Part shown: in pieces, positions 28,232-38,702 of the stretch
Numbering within the stretch: the stretch's first letter is position 1
How the letters are laid out: the number at the start of each line of letters is the position of its first letter
Assembly (NCBI RefSeq): GCF_013149785.1
Contig: NZ_JABEZU010000004.1
Span: forward strand, 1 to 64,000
DNA length: 64,000 nucleotides
Reading direction: 5' to 3'
From: Isoptericola halotolerans
GTDB taxonomy: Bacteria; Actinomycetota; Actinomycetes; Actinomycetales; Cellulomonadaceae
Notes under the pieces: generated by a model
Databases searched by the model: none
What the model was told of the DNA's origin: nothing
The model's input: only the letters and a program-made list of their open reading frames with translations
Program-made: the position numbers and the translations under genes

Positions 28232-28256
28232 GGCGTCACCCTAGAGCCCCGGACGC

Positions 28257-28312
28257 CGAACAGGAGTCTGGTCCCGCAATGACGCTCCTTTGCGGGACCA
28301 GACTCCTGTTCG
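28257..28312. repeat. Inverted repeat with 23-bp perfect arms and a 10-nt loop
   Basis: cgaacaggagtctggtcccgcaa / ttgcgggaccagactcctgttcg. Confidence 0.8.
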
Positions 28313-28322
28313 ACGCGGAAGG

Positions 28323-28697
28323 TCAGGCGAGTGCCTTGGCCTTCAGCGCCTCGAACTCCTCCGGCGTGATCGTGCCGTCGTCGAGCAGCTTCTTGGCCGA
28401 GGCGATGTGCTCGGCCGGCGAGCCGGCGACGGTCTTGATGTAGTCGTCGGTCGCTGCCTTGGCGTCCTGGGCGGCGGCGAGGTTGCGCTCGGCCATCCCG
28501 CGTCCGCGCGCGATGAGGTAGACGAGGGCCGTGATCATCGGGACGAAGATCAGTGCCACCACCCACAGCGCCTTCCACCATCCGTTGAGGTGCCGGTCAC
28601 GGAAGAGATCCGTGAGGATCTGGAACAGGACGATGAGGTACGCCATGAACAGGAAGATCCACAGGAGGAACCAGACATAGCTCCAGAAACTGTCCAT
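28323..28697 (-). CDS. PLDc_N + SHOCT domain membrane protein
   Basis: DLFRD...KALW...YLIARG; C-terminal AKKLLDDGTITPEEFEALKAKAL. Confidence 0.85.
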   Translation of the reverse strand: MDSFWSYVWFLLWIFLFMAYLIVLFQILTDLFRDRHLNGWWKALWVVALIFVPMITALVYLIARGRGMAERNLAAAQDAKAATDDYIKTVAGSPAEHIASAKKLLDDGTITPEEFEALKAKALA

Positions 28698-28812
28698 CGT
28701 GCACAACCTTTCGCGGCCGCTGAGAACAACCCGGGGCCGCAGGTACGACCCCCGACGCCCACGCTATCCACGAAAGCGCAGAACGGCCCGATATAGGCCG
28801 ACATGCCTTTCT

Positions 28813-30204
28813 TCAGTCGGCGACACGGACCGCGCGCAACGAGCGCTCGGCCCCGGCGACGACCGCGGCCTCCGCCGCCCGAGCCTCGGCCAACGCCGTC
28901 GCCCGGACCGCGACGATGCGGTCGTGCAGGGCGGCGTGCACCCGGCGACGCACCGACCGGGCGACCTCGTCCCGGTCGGTGTCGGTCGGCACCTGCCCGT
29001 GCGGCACCAGCTCACCGGCCAGCCGGGCGAGCGCGTCGTCGACCCGGACGGCCACCTCGCGCTCCGCCTCGTCGAGCAACGCGATCACCGCCGCGTCCGC
29101 GGCCCGCCCGAGGCGTGTCTCCTCGAACCGCGACGCCGCCCCCTGCACCATCGCGCGCGCCTGGTCGACGACGGCGCGCTCGGTCGCCGGGGCGTGCGTG
29201 GTCAGCGAGGCGAGGTCGTACAGCAGGACACCCTCGACGTCCGCCACCGACGGGTCGACGTCCCGGTGCAGCGCCAGGTCCAGGATCACCAGGGCGTCCG
29301 ACTCCGGCTCGTCCCCGGCCCGGGCTGCCGCACGGTCGCGGGCACGGGCCACCGACGCGGCGTCGAGGACGTAGGCCAGCGACGCCTCGGCTCCCGGCAC
29401 GGTGTCGGCCGCAGCGCCCGGCCGGCGCCCTCGCGCACCGGAGCACGAGACCACCAGGTCCGCGTCCCCGAGGGCCTCGACCAGCGACTCCTGGTCCTGC
29501 CCGACGGCACCGATCGCGTGCGACGCCGCGAAGTCGGCCGCCCGTCCGGACTGCGAGTAGACGCGCACGTCGTCGCAACCCCGGGCCCGCAGCGCCGCGA
29601 CCGACGCCCCCGCGTACGCCCCCGTACCGATGATCACGGCGCGGGCGACGGGGTAGGGCCGCAGCGACTCCCCCGCCAGGTCGAGGCCGACCGACACCAG
29701 CGACCGCCCGGCGGCACCCAGCGTCGTGGAGCGCCCGACCTGCTTGGAGGTGCGCGACGCCGTCTGGAACAGCAGCTCGAGCGTCTTGGACGTGGTGCCG
29801 TCCGCCCGCGACTCCGCGAGCGCCCGCTTCACCTGGCCGGCGATCTCCCGCTCGCCCACCACCATCGAGTCCAGGCCCGCGGCCACGGCGAACAGGTGCT
29901 CGGCCACCTCGGTCCCGGTGCGGACCGTGAAGGAGTCGGCGGCGACGTCGGCGGTCACGCCCGAGGACGCGGCGACGAGCTCGGCGACGTGCCGTGTCGC
30001 GTGACGCACGGTGTCGCCGTCGAGCGGCGCGTCGACGTCGAGGTAGAGCTCGAAGCGGTTGCAGGTCGAGATCACCACGGTGCCCTGCACGGGTCGGCAG
30101 GTACCCACGACCGTGCGACCCACGGACATCGAGCCGGTGGACAGCCGTTCGAGGGCGTCGAGGTCCAGCTCGTGGTGGGAGGCGGTGAGAGAGAGGAGAA
30201 CCAC
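28813..30204 (-). CDS. hemA: Glutamyl-tRNA reductase
   Basis: STCNRFELY, GLDSMVVGEREIAGQVK, GTGAYA, DLALHRDVD. Confidence 0.93.
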   Translation of the reverse strand: MVLLSLTASHHELDLDALERLSTGSMSVGRTVVGTCRPVQGTVVISTCNRFELYLDVDAPLDGDTVRHATRHVAELVAASSGVTADVAADSFTVRTGTEVAEHLFAVAAGLDSMVVGEREIAGQVKRALAESRADGTTSKTLELLFQTASRTSKQVGRSTTLGAAGRSLVSVGLDLAGESLRPYPVARAVIIGTGAYAGASVAALRARGCDDVRVYSQSGRAADFAASHAIGAVGQDQESLVEALGDADLVVSCSGARGRRPGAAADTVPGAEASLAYVLDAASVARARDRAAARAGDEPESDALVILDLALHRDVDPSVADVEGVLLYDLASLTTHAPATERAVVDQARAMVQGAASRFEETRLGRAADAAVIALLDEAEREVAVRVDDALARLAGELVPHGQVPTDTDRDEVARSVRRRVHAALHDRIVAVRATALAEARAAEAAVVAGAERSLRAVRVAD

Positions 30205-30254
30205 AGTGCCCCCCACTTTATGATCTGCACCCCCTCGGGGCAGAATCGTTGACC

Positions 30255-31370
30255 GTGACATCCCCCACGGTGAACGTCAGCAACCTGCCCGCCCACCACC
30301 CCCTGGCCGACGGACGCACGACCACGTCCGCGCTGGTCAGCGCACTCCGAGGTGCCCGGCCCGCACGGACCCCTGTGTGGTTCATGCGTCAGGCGGGCCG
30401 GTCGCTGCCCGAGTACCGCGAGGTGCGACAGGGTGTCGGGATGCTCGAGTCGTGCCTGCGCCCGGACCTGGCCGCCGAGATCACCCTGCAGCCCGTGCGT
30501 CGTCACGGCGTCGACGCCGCGATCTTCTTCAGCGACATCGTCGTGCCGCTCAAGGTGGCCGGGGTGGGCGTCGAGATCGTCTCGGGCGTGGGACCGGTGA
30601 TGGACCAGCCGTACCGGACGGCCGACGACGTCGCGCGGCTCGTGGAGCGCGACCTCGACGACGACGCCCTCGCACCGATCGCCGAGGCCGTCGGGCTCAC
30701 CGTCGAGGGGCTGTCCGACGGGACCGACTCGACACCGCTCATCGGGTTCGGCGGGGCACCGTTCACCCTCGCGGCCTACCTCGTCGAGGGCCGCCCCTCG
30801 CGCGACCACCTCGCCGCACGCACCCTCATGCACGCCGAGCCCGAGACGTGGCGCCGCCTCACCGAGTGGACCGCGGACCTGACCGGGCGGTTCCTGCGCA
30901 CCCAGGTCCTGGCCGGTGCGAGCGCCGTCCAGCTGTTCGACTCCTGGGCCGGGTCGCTGTCCCTCGCCGACTACCTCGCGCACGTGGCGCCGTCGTCGAC
31001 CCGCGCGCTGCGGCACGTCGCGGACCTGCCGATGCCGGGCATCCACTTCGGCACCGGGACCGGCCACCTGCTCCCCGCCATGCGTGACGTGCTGCGCGAG
31101 GCCGGGCTGGCGCACGCCACGGTGGGGGTCGACTACCGCACGCCGCTGGACGAGGCGGTGGAGGTCCTGGGCGGCGACGTGCCCGTCCAGGGCAACATCG
31201 ACCCGGCGTTGCTCGCCGCTCCGTGGGAGGTGCTGGAGGCCCACGTGCGCGACGTCGTCGAGCGCGGCCGGGCGGCCCCGGGGCACGTGGTGAACCTCGG
31301 CCACGGGGTGCCGCCCACCACCGACCCGGCCGTGCTCACGCGCGTCGTCGAGCTCGTCCACTCGCTGTGA
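30255..31370 (+). CDS. hemE: Uroporphyrinogen decarboxylase
   Basis: PVWFMRQAGRSLPEY, FFSDI, NLGHG. Confidence 0.95.
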   Translation: MTSPTVNVSNLPAHHPLADGRTTTSALVSALRGARPARTPVWFMRQAGRSLPEYREVRQGVGMLESCLRPDLAAEITLQPVRRHGVDAAIFFSDIVVPLKVAGVGVEIVSGVGPVMDQPYRTADDVARLVERDLDDDALAPIAEAVGLTVEGLSDGTDSTPLIGFGGAPFTLAAYLVEGRPSRDHLAARTLMHAEPETWRRLTEWTADLTGRFLRTQVLAGASAVQLFDSWAGSLSLADYLAHVAPSSTRALRHVADLPMPGIHFGTGTGHLLPAMRDVLREAGLAHATVGVDYRTPLDEAVEVLGGDVPVQGNIDPALLAAPWEVLEAHVRDVVERGRAAPGHVVNLGHGVPPTTDPAVLTRVVELVHSL

Positions 31371-32827
31371 GCCAGCAGGTCGACGCCGTCGTGGTCGGCG
31401 GCGGGATCGGTGGTCTGGTCGCCGCCCGCACGCTCATCGAGCGCGGCCTGCGCACCGTGGTCCTGGAGTCCTCCACGCGGCTCGGCGGCCCCGTGCGCGG
31501 CGGGGCGTTCGAGTCCGTGCCCCGCGTCCCGATCGACCTGGGCGCCGAGTCCTTCGCCGCCCGCGGCACCGCCGTCGGCGAGCTGGCCGACGAGCTCGGG
31601 CTCGACGTCGTCGCACCCGCGCCGCTGTCCGCCTGGGGCTACGCCGCCGGGAGCGCGTTCCCGCTGCCGAAGGCCGGCGTGCTCGGTATCCCCGCCGTGC
31701 CCTGGGCGGCAGACGTGCGCCGGGCCGTGGGCTGGGCGGGCGCGCTGCGGGCCTCCCTCGACCGCGTGCTGCCACGGTTCGTCGGGTCCGGGGCGGAGGA
31801 CCTCGGCTCGCTGGCCCGTGCCCGGCTCGGGGTGCGCACCACCGAGAGGCTCGTCGCGCCCGTCGCCACCGGGGTGCACTCCGCCCCCCTGGACCGGCTC
31901 GACGTCGCGGCCGTGGCACCCGGCCTGCGCGACCGGTTCGCCGTCGAGGGCTCGCTCACCCGGGCGGTCGGTGCGCTGCGCGCGGCCGCCCCGGCCGGTT
32001 CCGCGGTGCGCGGGATCGACGGCGGGATGCACGCCGTCGTCGAGGCCCTGGCCGGGCAGATCGCGGCGAGCGCCGAGTTCTGGACCGACTCCCCCGTCAC
32101 TGACGCCACCGGGCCCATCCACACCGCGCTGCGGCTCGGCCAGGAGGTCGTGGGCATCGAGCGGTCCGACGACGGCGGCTGGCTCGTGCGCTCCCGGGCC
32201 ACCGCGGCGGGGGTCGCCGGGGGCCGAGGGTCGCTGCACACGGTCACCGCGCCGCGCCTCGTGGTGACCGCTCCCGGCGTCGGGCCGCTGCTGGAGCCGT
32301 GGACCGGCGTCGTCCCCGCGCCCGAGCCGGGCGCGGACGTGTGGCTCGTGACGCTGCTGCTGGACGCCCCCGCGCTGGACGAGGCCCCGCGCGGCTCGGG
32401 GGTGCTCGTGGCCCCGGGCGCGACCGCCGGCACCGAGCAGGTCCGCGCCAAGGCGCTCACGCACTCCACGGCCAAGTGGCCGTGGCTGGCCGCGCGTGTG
32501 CGGGCCGCCGCAGGCGAGGGGATGCACGTGGTGCGGCTCTCGTACGGGCGGATCGGTGAGGAGACCCGGCCGCCGGACGTCGCCGAGGCCGCCCGGGACG
32601 CGTCGGCACTGCTGGGCGTGCCCGTCGCGGACCGCGTGCAGGACCACCTGCGGCAGCGCTGGGACGGGGCCCTGCCCCCGCCGACCCCCGCCTACCGTGC
32701 GGACGTCACCGCGCTGAGCGCCGCCGTCGGACAGATCCCGGGCCTCGCCGTGACGGGCGGCTGGGTGGCCGGTACCGGGCTGGCCGCGATCGTGGCCCAC
32801 GCCCAGGCGGCGGTCAACGGGCTGTGA
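31367..32827 (+). CDS. hemY: Coproporphyrinogen/protoporphyrinogen oxidase (HemY/CgoX)
   Basis: GGGIGGL FAD motif, DLGAESFA; coupled to hemE. Confidence 0.88.
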   Translation: MSQQVDAVVVGGGIGGLVAARTLIERGLRTVVLESSTRLGGPVRGGAFESVPRVPIDLGAESFAARGTAVGELADELGLDVVAPAPLSAWGYAAGSAFPLPKAGVLGIPAVPWAADVRRAVGWAGALRASLDRVLPRFVGSGAEDLGSLARARLGVRTTERLVAPVATGVHSAPLDRLDVAAVAPGLRDRFAVEGSLTRAVGALRAAAPAGSAVRGIDGGMHAVVEALAGQIAASAEFWTDSPVTDATGPIHTALRLGQEVVGIERSDDGGWLVRSRATAAGVAGGRGSLHTVTAPRLVVTAPGVGPLLEPWTGVVPAPEPGADVWLVTLLLDAPALDEAPRGSGVLVAPGATAGTEQVRAKALTHSTAKWPWLAARVRAAAGEGMHVVRLSYGRIGEETRPPDVAEAARDASALLGVPVADRVQDHLRQRWDGALPPPTPAYRADVTALSAAVGQIPGLAVTGGWVAGTGLAAIVAHAQAAVNGL

Positions 32828-32848
32828 CCCCCTTCCCGCCGTCCCCTG

Positions 32849-32923
32849 CCGCGAAGTAGTACCTCCGGCGCTGCGGAAGTACCCCGCGGGTACTTCTCCG
32901 ACGCCGGAGGTACTACTTCGCGG
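32849..32923. repeat. Long near-perfect hairpin between convergent genes
   Basis: 22-bp outer arms ccgcgaagtagtacctccggcg plus inner stem gaagtaccc/gggtacttc. Confidence 0.8.
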
Positions 32924-32930
32924 TGGGCAC

Positions 32931-33620
32931 TCAGTCGTCGAGGTCGATCGTCCGCGTGATCCGCTCACCCGTGGAGGACGTGGCCACCACCTTGACCCGG
33001 TCGTCGTCGGCACCGAACGTCCGGCCGAGCGTCACGTTGCCGTTGCCGTTCGCCCGCTTGCTCGTCGTGGCGACCTTCTTGCCGTCGCGGTAGAACGTCG
33101 CCGTCCAGCGGGCGTTCTTCTTCGGGCCGTTGACCCGGAGCTGAGCCGTCACCCGGTCGTCGCCCGACTCCTGGACCGAGTAGCCGTAGCGGCTGCCCTT
33201 CGACCCCTTGCCGCTGCGGCACTCGAGGTCCTCGAGCTCGATCGTGCGGGCGGCGCGCTGCCCGCTGCTGGAGACGGCCACGAACCGGAAGCGGTCGTCG
33301 TCGTCGCCGCGCACGGTGCGGGCGACCGAGATGTTGCCCTGGCCGTTCGCGCGCTGGGTGGTCCGGAACGCCTTGTCGCCGTTGCGGTACACCGTCACCG
33401 TCCAGCGCTGGCCGGGCTTCTTGGCGTCGACCGACATCGCGGTCCGCACCCGGTCGTCGTCGCGCTCGGCGAGCGTGACCCGGTACTGGGCGTTCTTCGA
33501 GGCGTGCCCCGTGCAGCTCACGCGGTCGTCGTCGTCGGCGTGCGCCGCCGTCGCGCCCGCCCCCACACCTGCCAGCGCCAGGCACACGGCCGCCAGCGTT
33601 CCCACGATCCTCTTCGTCAT
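32931..33620 (-). CDS. Secreted hypothetical protein with two ~100-aa beta-rich repeats
   Basis: Signal peptide ending AHA-DDD; repeated RWT..YR.G.K, RANG.GN, VA.SS.G. Confidence 0.8.
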   Translation of the reverse strand: MTKRIVGTLAAVCLALAGVGAGATAAHADDDDRVSCTGHASKNAQYRVTLAERDDDRVRTAMSVDAKKPGQRWTVTVYRNGDKAFRTTQRANGQGNISVARTVRGDDDDRFRFVAVSSSGQRAARTIELEDLECRSGKGSKGSRYGYSVQESGDDRVTAQLRVNGPKKNARWTATFYRDGKKVATTSKRANGNGNVTLGRTFGADDDRVKVVATSSTGERITRTIDLDD

Positions 33621-33792
33621 CACAGGTTCTCCCGGTGAGAGTGCCGCGAGCGCAGGGTGCGCGGTGCGGCTCCGTGCCCCTCACTCTCCGGACGCTCCAT
33701 GAGGGCGCCGTGGCAGCAGCGTGAGAGACCTCTCATGCTCCGGGCACCCTGCGGGTTGTCCCGCCCCCTGGTCTTCGCGAGACACTGGGACG

Positions 33793-34821
33793 GTGAGCAC
33801 CCCCGGAACCGCACCGTTGCGCCTCGGCACCCGCGGCAGCGCCCTGGCGACCACCCAGTCCGGCCTGGTCGCGCGCCGGCTCGAGGAGCTCCTCGAGCGG
33901 CCGGTCGAGCTCGTCCGCATCAAGACCGAGGGCGACGTGAAGACGGGCTCGCTGGCGTCCCTGGGCGGCACCGGCGTGTTCGTCACCGCGCTGCGCGACG
34001 CCCTCGCCGGCGACCGCTGCGACGTCGCGGTGCACTCGCTCAAGGACCTGCCGACGACGCCGGCTCCCGGCCTGACGTACGTCACCCCGGAGCGCGAGGA
34101 CCCCCGCGACGCGCTGTGCGCCCGCGACGGGCTCACCCTCGAGACCCTACCTCGCGGGGGCCGCGTCGGGACCGGCTCGCCCCGCCGGGCCGCCCAGCTG
34201 CGCGCCACCCGACCCGACCTCGACGTCGTGGACATCCGCGGCAACGTGGAGACCCGGCTCGCACGCGCGCTCGGCCCGGACGCCGACCTCGACGCCGTCG
34301 TGCTCGCCTTCGCCGGGCTGAGGCGCCTGGGCCGCACCGAGGTCGTCAGCGAGGTGCTCGACCCTCAGGTCGTCGCCCCCGCGCCCGGCCAGGGTGCGCT
34401 CGCGGTCGAGGCCCGCAGCACCGACCTGGCCGCCGGGGCGCTGGTCGAGGCGTTCGCCGCCCTGGACCACCGTCCCACCCGGCTCGCCGTCACCGCCGAG
34501 CGTGCCGTGCTCGCGCGCCTCGAGGCCGGGTGCGCCGCCCCGATCGGCGCCCACGCCCGCCTCGACGACAGCGCGCTCGTGCTGTCCGCCGCCGTGGCGT
34601 CGATCGACGGCACCGAGCAGCTCAAGCACACCGCGCGCGTCGAGGTCGCCCCGACCACGGCCCTCGCCGCCGACGACGACGCGTACGCCCTGGGTGTGCG
34701 GGTCGCCGAGCGGCTGCTCGCCGACGGCGCCGCCCGCCTCGCACCCCTGTCCCCGGCCGAGCCCGCCCCGCCCGAGCCCGTCCGCGTCCCGACGGGGACG
34801 GACGACCCGGAGGGCGCGTGA
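33793..34821 (+). CDS. hemC: Hydroxymethylbilane synthase
   Basis: [37 protein letters not shown]. Confidence 0.95.
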   Translation: MSTPGTAPLRLGTRGSALATTQSGLVARRLEELLERPVELVRIKTEGDVKTGSLASLGGTGVFVTALRDALAGDRCDVAVHSLKDLPTTPAPGLTYVTPEREDPRDALCARDGLTLETLPRGGRVGTGSPRRAAQLRATRPDLDVVDIRGNVETRLARALGPDADLDAVVLAFAGLRRLGRTEVVSEVLDPQVVAPAPGQGALAVEARSTDLAAGALVEAFAALDHRPTRLAVTAERAVLARLEAGCAAPIGAHARLDDSALVLSAAVASIDGTEQLKHTARVEVAPTTALAADDDAYALGVRVAERLLADGAARLAPLSPAEPAPPEPVRVPTGTDDPEGA

Positions 34822-35594
34822 CCGACCTGACCGGGAGCACCGTCCTGCTGCCGCGCTCCCCCGCCCGCGCCGCCGGGCTGGCGGAGCGGCTGCGCGCCGC
34901 CGGCGTCGCGGTGACGGTCGCCCCCGTCATCGAGCGGGCGCCCGCGGAGGACGCCGGTGCGCTCGCGGCCGCCGTCGCAGGGCTGGACGCCGGCCGCTAC
35001 GCGTGGGCCGTCATCACCAGCGTCAACGCCGTCGACGCGCTCGTCGGCGCCGGGCGCCCCACGACTCTCGCCGACGCACCCGTCCGGTGGGCCGCCGTCG
35101 GCCCCGCGACCGTCCGCGCCCTGCACTCCATCGGCATCGAGCCGGCACTGGTCCCCGACGACGCCACGGCCGACGGCATCGTCGCTGCTTTCCCGCCGGC
35201 ACCGAGCCGGCAGGACGTCGCGGAGGCGTCCGCACCCTCGACCGACACGACGACCGTCCTCCTCCCGCTCGGCGACCTCGCCCGCCCGACCCTGCGCGAC
35301 GGCCTCACCGCGCTCGGCTGGACCCCCGACGTCGTGACCGCCTACCGCACCGTCCGCTCCGAGCTGCCGGCCGACGTCGTGCACGCCCGCTACGACGTCA
35401 TCGTGGTCACGTCGGGCTCCGTCGCCCGCGAGATCGCCGCGCAGTACGGCGCCACGTCACCCGTCGTCGCCATCGGCCGCCCCTCCGCCGACGCCGCGCG
35501 CGAAGCCGGGCTGAGCGTCGCCGCCGTCGCCGACCGACCCACCGACGCCGCGCTCGCGGCCACCGTCACCACCGTCCTCAAGGAGCGCCCATGA
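34818..35594 (+). CDS. hemD: Uroporphyrinogen-III synthase
   Basis: ITSVNAV, AVGPAT, AYRT, VTSGS; lies between hemC and hemB with overlaps. Confidence 0.88.
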   Translation: MTDLTGSTVLLPRSPARAAGLAERLRAAGVAVTVAPVIERAPAEDAGALAAAVAGLDAGRYAWAVITSVNAVDALVGAGRPTTLADAPVRWAAVGPATVRALHSIGIEPALVPDDATADGIVAAFPPAPSRQDVAEASAPSTDTTTVLLPLGDLARPTLRDGLTALGWTPDVVTAYRTVRSELPADVVHARYDVIVVTSGSVAREIAAQYGATSPVVAIGRPSADAAREAGLSVAAVADRPTDAALAATVTTVLKERP

Positions 35595-36646
35595 GCACCT
35601 CGGGCATCGTGTACCGCCCGCGCCGACTGCGCACCACCCCGCGGATGCGCCGCCTCGTGGCCGAGCACCGGCTGCACCCCGGCGACCTCGTGCTGCCGCT
35701 GTTCGTCAAGGAGGGCATCGACGAGCCCGTCGCCATCTCCTCCATGCCCGGCCAGGTGCAGCACACCGAGGCCACGCTGCACGACGCCGTCGCCGCGGCC
35801 GCGCGCGCCGGTCTGGGCGGCGTCATGCTCTTCGGCATCCCGTCGGTGCGGGACGCCCTGGGCACCCAGGCCGCGGCCCCCGAGGGGATCCTGCAGCGCG
35901 GTACGCGCATCGCCCGCGAGGCCGTCGCTGCGGTCGAGGCCGAGCGGCCGGGCGGACGCCCCGGGCCGGTCGTCATGGTCGACACCTGCCTGGACGAGTT
36001 CACCGACCACGGGCACTGCGGTGTGCTCGCGTCCGACGGCACGGTCGACAACGACCTCACCCTGGACCGGTACGCCGCCATGGCCGTCGCCCAGGCGCGG
36101 GCCGGGGCGGAGGTGGTCGCGCCGTCGGGCATGATGGACGGCCAGGTCGCGATGATCCGCGACGCCCTGGACGACGCCGGGTTCGAGTCGGTGAGCATCC
36201 TCGCGTACAGCGCGAAGTACGCCAGCGCCTTCTACGGCCCGTTCCGCGAGGCCGTCGACTCAGCCCTGCAGGGCGACCGGCGGACCTACCAGATGGACGC
36301 GGCCAACGCCCGCGAGGGGCTGCGCGAGGCCGACCTCGACATCGCCGAGGGCGCGGACATGGTCATGGTCAAGCCCGCCGGGTCCTCGCTCGACGTGCTG
36401 CGCGGCGTCGCGGACCGGTCCGACGTGCCCGTGGCCGCGTACCAGGTGTCCGGCGAGTACGCGATGATCGAGGCGGCGGCCGCGAACGGCTGGATCGACC
36501 GCAGGTCCGCGGTGCTGGAGTCGGTGCTCGCGATCAAGCGCGCCGGCGCCGACGTCATCCTCACCTACTGGGCCCAGGAGATCGCCGCGTGGCTCGAGCG
36601 ACCCTCCCCGCACGCGGCAGCAACCCCCACGGAAGGACCACGATGA
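35591..36646 (+). CDS. hemB: Porphobilinogen synthase
   Basis: [38 protein letters not shown]. Confidence 0.96.
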   Translation: MSTSGIVYRPRRLRTTPRMRRLVAEHRLHPGDLVLPLFVKEGIDEPVAISSMPGQVQHTEATLHDAVAAAARAGLGGVMLFGIPSVRDALGTQAAAPEGILQRGTRIAREAVAAVEAERPGGRPGPVVMVDTCLDEFTDHGHCGVLASDGTVDNDLTLDRYAAMAVAQARAGAEVVAPSGMMDGQVAMIRDALDDAGFESVSILAYSAKYASAFYGPFREAVDSALQGDRRTYQMDAANAREGLREADLDIAEGADMVMVKPAGSSLDVLRGVADRSDVPVAAYQVSGEYAMIEAAAANGWIDRRSAVLESVLAIKRAGADVILTYWAQEIAAWLERPSPHAAATPTEGPR

Positions 36647-38028
36647 CGGACACGGCAGGCTTCGGGCACCTCGAGGCGGCACTGGTGAGCAGCACGCCCC
36701 CGGTCGACAACCACGAGGCGTTCGTGCGCGCCCAGCGCGCCATCCCCGGCGGCGTCAACTCGCCGGTCCGCGCCTACGGCTCGGTCGGCGGCGACCCGCG
36801 GTTCCTGGCGAGCGCGCGCGGCGCCTACGTCACCGACGTGGCGGGGCGCGAGTACGTGGACCTCGTCGGGTCGTGGGGTCCGGCGCTGCTGGGGCACGCG
36901 CACCCCGAGGTCGTGGCGGCCGTGCAGGAGGCTGCCGCACGAGGGCTGTCCTTCGGCGCACCGACCGTCGCCGAGGTGGAGCTCGCCGAGGAGGTCCGCC
37001 GGCGCGTCCCCGCCGCCGAGCGGGTCCGCCTGGTCTCCACCGGCACCGAGGCGACGATGACGGCGATCCGCCTCGCCCGCGGCGTCACCGGCCGACCTCT
37101 GGTCGTCAAGTTCGCCGGCTGCTACCACGGGCACGTCGACGCCCTGCTCGCCGAGGCGGGCTCCGGGCTCGCGACCCTCGCGATGCCGGGCACCGCGGGC
37201 GTGACCGAGGCCTCCGCCGCGGAGACGCTCGTGCTGCCGTACAACGACCTGGAGGCCGTCGAGGCGGCCTTCGCGACCCACGGTGAGCGGATCGCCGCAG
37301 TCATCACCGAGGCCGCACCCGCGAACATGGGCGTGGTGCCGCCGTCGGACGGGTTCAACGCCGGGCTGCGCCGGATCACCGCCGCGCACGGGGCGCTGCT
37401 GGTCCTCGACGAGGTCCTCACCGGGTTCCGGGTGTCCGAGGCCGGGTACTGGGGCTTCGAGAACGCCGGCCAGGCAGCCGAGGACGTCTGGACCCCGGAC
37501 CTGTTCACCTTCGGCAAGGTGGTCGGCGGAGGCATGCCGGTGGCCGCGCTCGGCGGACCGGCCGCGATCATGGACCAGCTCGCACCGACCGGCCCGGTGT
37601 ACCAGGCGGGCACCCTCTCCGGGAACCCGGTGGCGGTGGCGGCGGGCCTGACCACGCTGCGCCTGGCGGACGACGCCGTGTACGCGCGGGTCGCCGAGGC
37701 GGCCGACGCCGTGTCGCACGGGCTGGGCGAGGCGCTCGACGCCGAGGGGGTGCCGCACCGCATCCAGCGTGCCGGGTCGCTGTTCTCGGTGTTCTTCGGG
37801 GAGTCGGCGGCCCGCGACGGCGTGACCTCCTACGCCGACGCGCAGGCGCAGGACGTGTTCCGGCACGGGCCGTTCTTCCACGCGATGCTCGACGCCGGCG
37901 TCAACCTGCCGCCGTCCGTCTTCGAGGCGTGGTTCTGCTCGGCCGCCCACGACGACGACGCGGTGCACCGCATCCTCGAGGCGCTGCCGGCCGGCGCTCG
38001 GGCCGCTGCGGCGGCGACGGCGGGGTAG
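36643..38028 (+). CDS. hemL: Glutamate-1-semialdehyde 2,1-aminomutase
   Basis: [35 protein letters not shown]. Confidence 0.96.
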   Translation: MTDTAGFGHLEAALVSSTPPVDNHEAFVRAQRAIPGGVNSPVRAYGSVGGDPRFLASARGAYVTDVAGREYVDLVGSWGPALLGHAHPEVVAAVQEAAARGLSFGAPTVAEVELAEEVRRRVPAAERVRLVSTGTEATMTAIRLARGVTGRPLVVKFAGCYHGHVDALLAEAGSGLATLAMPGTAGVTEASAAETLVLPYNDLEAVEAAFATHGERIAAVITEAAPANMGVVPPSDGFNAGLRRITAAHGALLVLDEVLTGFRVSEAGYWGFENAGQAAEDVWTPDLFTFGKVVGGGMPVAALGGPAAIMDQLAPTGPVYQAGTLSGNPVAVAAGLTTLRLADDAVYARVAEAADAVSHGLGEALDAEGVPHRIQRAGSLFSVFFGESAARDGVTSYADAQAQDVFRHGPFFHAMLDAGVNLPPSVFEAWFCSAAHDDDAVHRILEALPAGARAAAAATAG

Positions 38029-38062
38029 CCCCGGCTCCCGCGGGCCTTGGGCCGGGTGGACC

Positions 38063-38626
38063 TCAGGCCGCGATCGCCTTGTCGATCGTGCGTACGAGCT
38101 GCCGCACGACGTCGTGCCGGGAGACCTGCCTGCCGCGCAGGATCTCCCAAGCGTTGTAGAGCTGGGACCACACGATCCCCAGCACCCAGTCGTCGGTGAG
38201 CTCGGGGTCGATGGATCCGTCGGCGTGCCCCTTCCGGACGAGGGCCAGGATCGGGTCCTGGCCGTCCGGGTCGGGGATGCAGGTGGCGTCGATGGTCCCG
38301 CTGAAGATGACGGTCAGCAGGTCCCCGAGCTCCAGGTACTCCTGCGAGAGCCGCACGACGGCGGACCGGGCGGTGCCGTCCTCCGGCCGCGCGCACCGCG
38401 TCGCCTCCTCGAGCCGGTGACCGGCATGCTCCAGCAGTGCGTCGAGCAGGTCGGAACGCTCGGGGAAGTAGCGGTGCAGCGTCGTGCGCCCCACCCCGGC
38501 GGCGTCGGCGATCGTGCCGAGGGTCGCGGAGGGGTCGAGCGCGAGCTGGGCGAACGCGGCGTCGACGATGGCGGCGCGGGTGCGGGCCCGCGCGCCGCGG
38601 TGGGCAGGTTCCTGCGTGACGACCAT
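38063..38626 (-). CDS. TetR-family regulator
   Basis: HTH IADAAGVGRTTLHRYF. Confidence 0.9.
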   Translation of the reverse strand: MVVTQEPAHRGARARTRAAIVDAAFAQLALDPSATLGTIADAAGVGRTTLHRYFPERSDLLDALLEHAGHRLEEATRCARPEDGTARSAVVRLSQEYLELGDLLTVIFSGTIDATCIPDPDGQDPILALVRKGHADGSIDPELTDDWVLGIVWSQLYNAWEILRGRQVSRHDVVRQLVRTIDKAIAA

Positions 38627-38666
38627 GCGTGCACGGTACCTGGCTTCACTGTCAAGGATCAACTAT

Positions 38667-38702
38667 TGACCACAGTGGAACATGCATGTTCCACTGTGGT
38701 CA
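38667..38702. promoter_or_regulatory. 36-bp perfect palindrome, probable TetR operator
   Basis: tgaccacagtggaacatg|catgttccactgtggtca between divergent tetR and ABC genes. Confidence 0.75.

Noticed and set aside
30205..30254. Rex or iron-regulator box in the hemA/hemE divergent gap
   Set aside because: No convincing palindrome, only overlapping -10-like hexamers.
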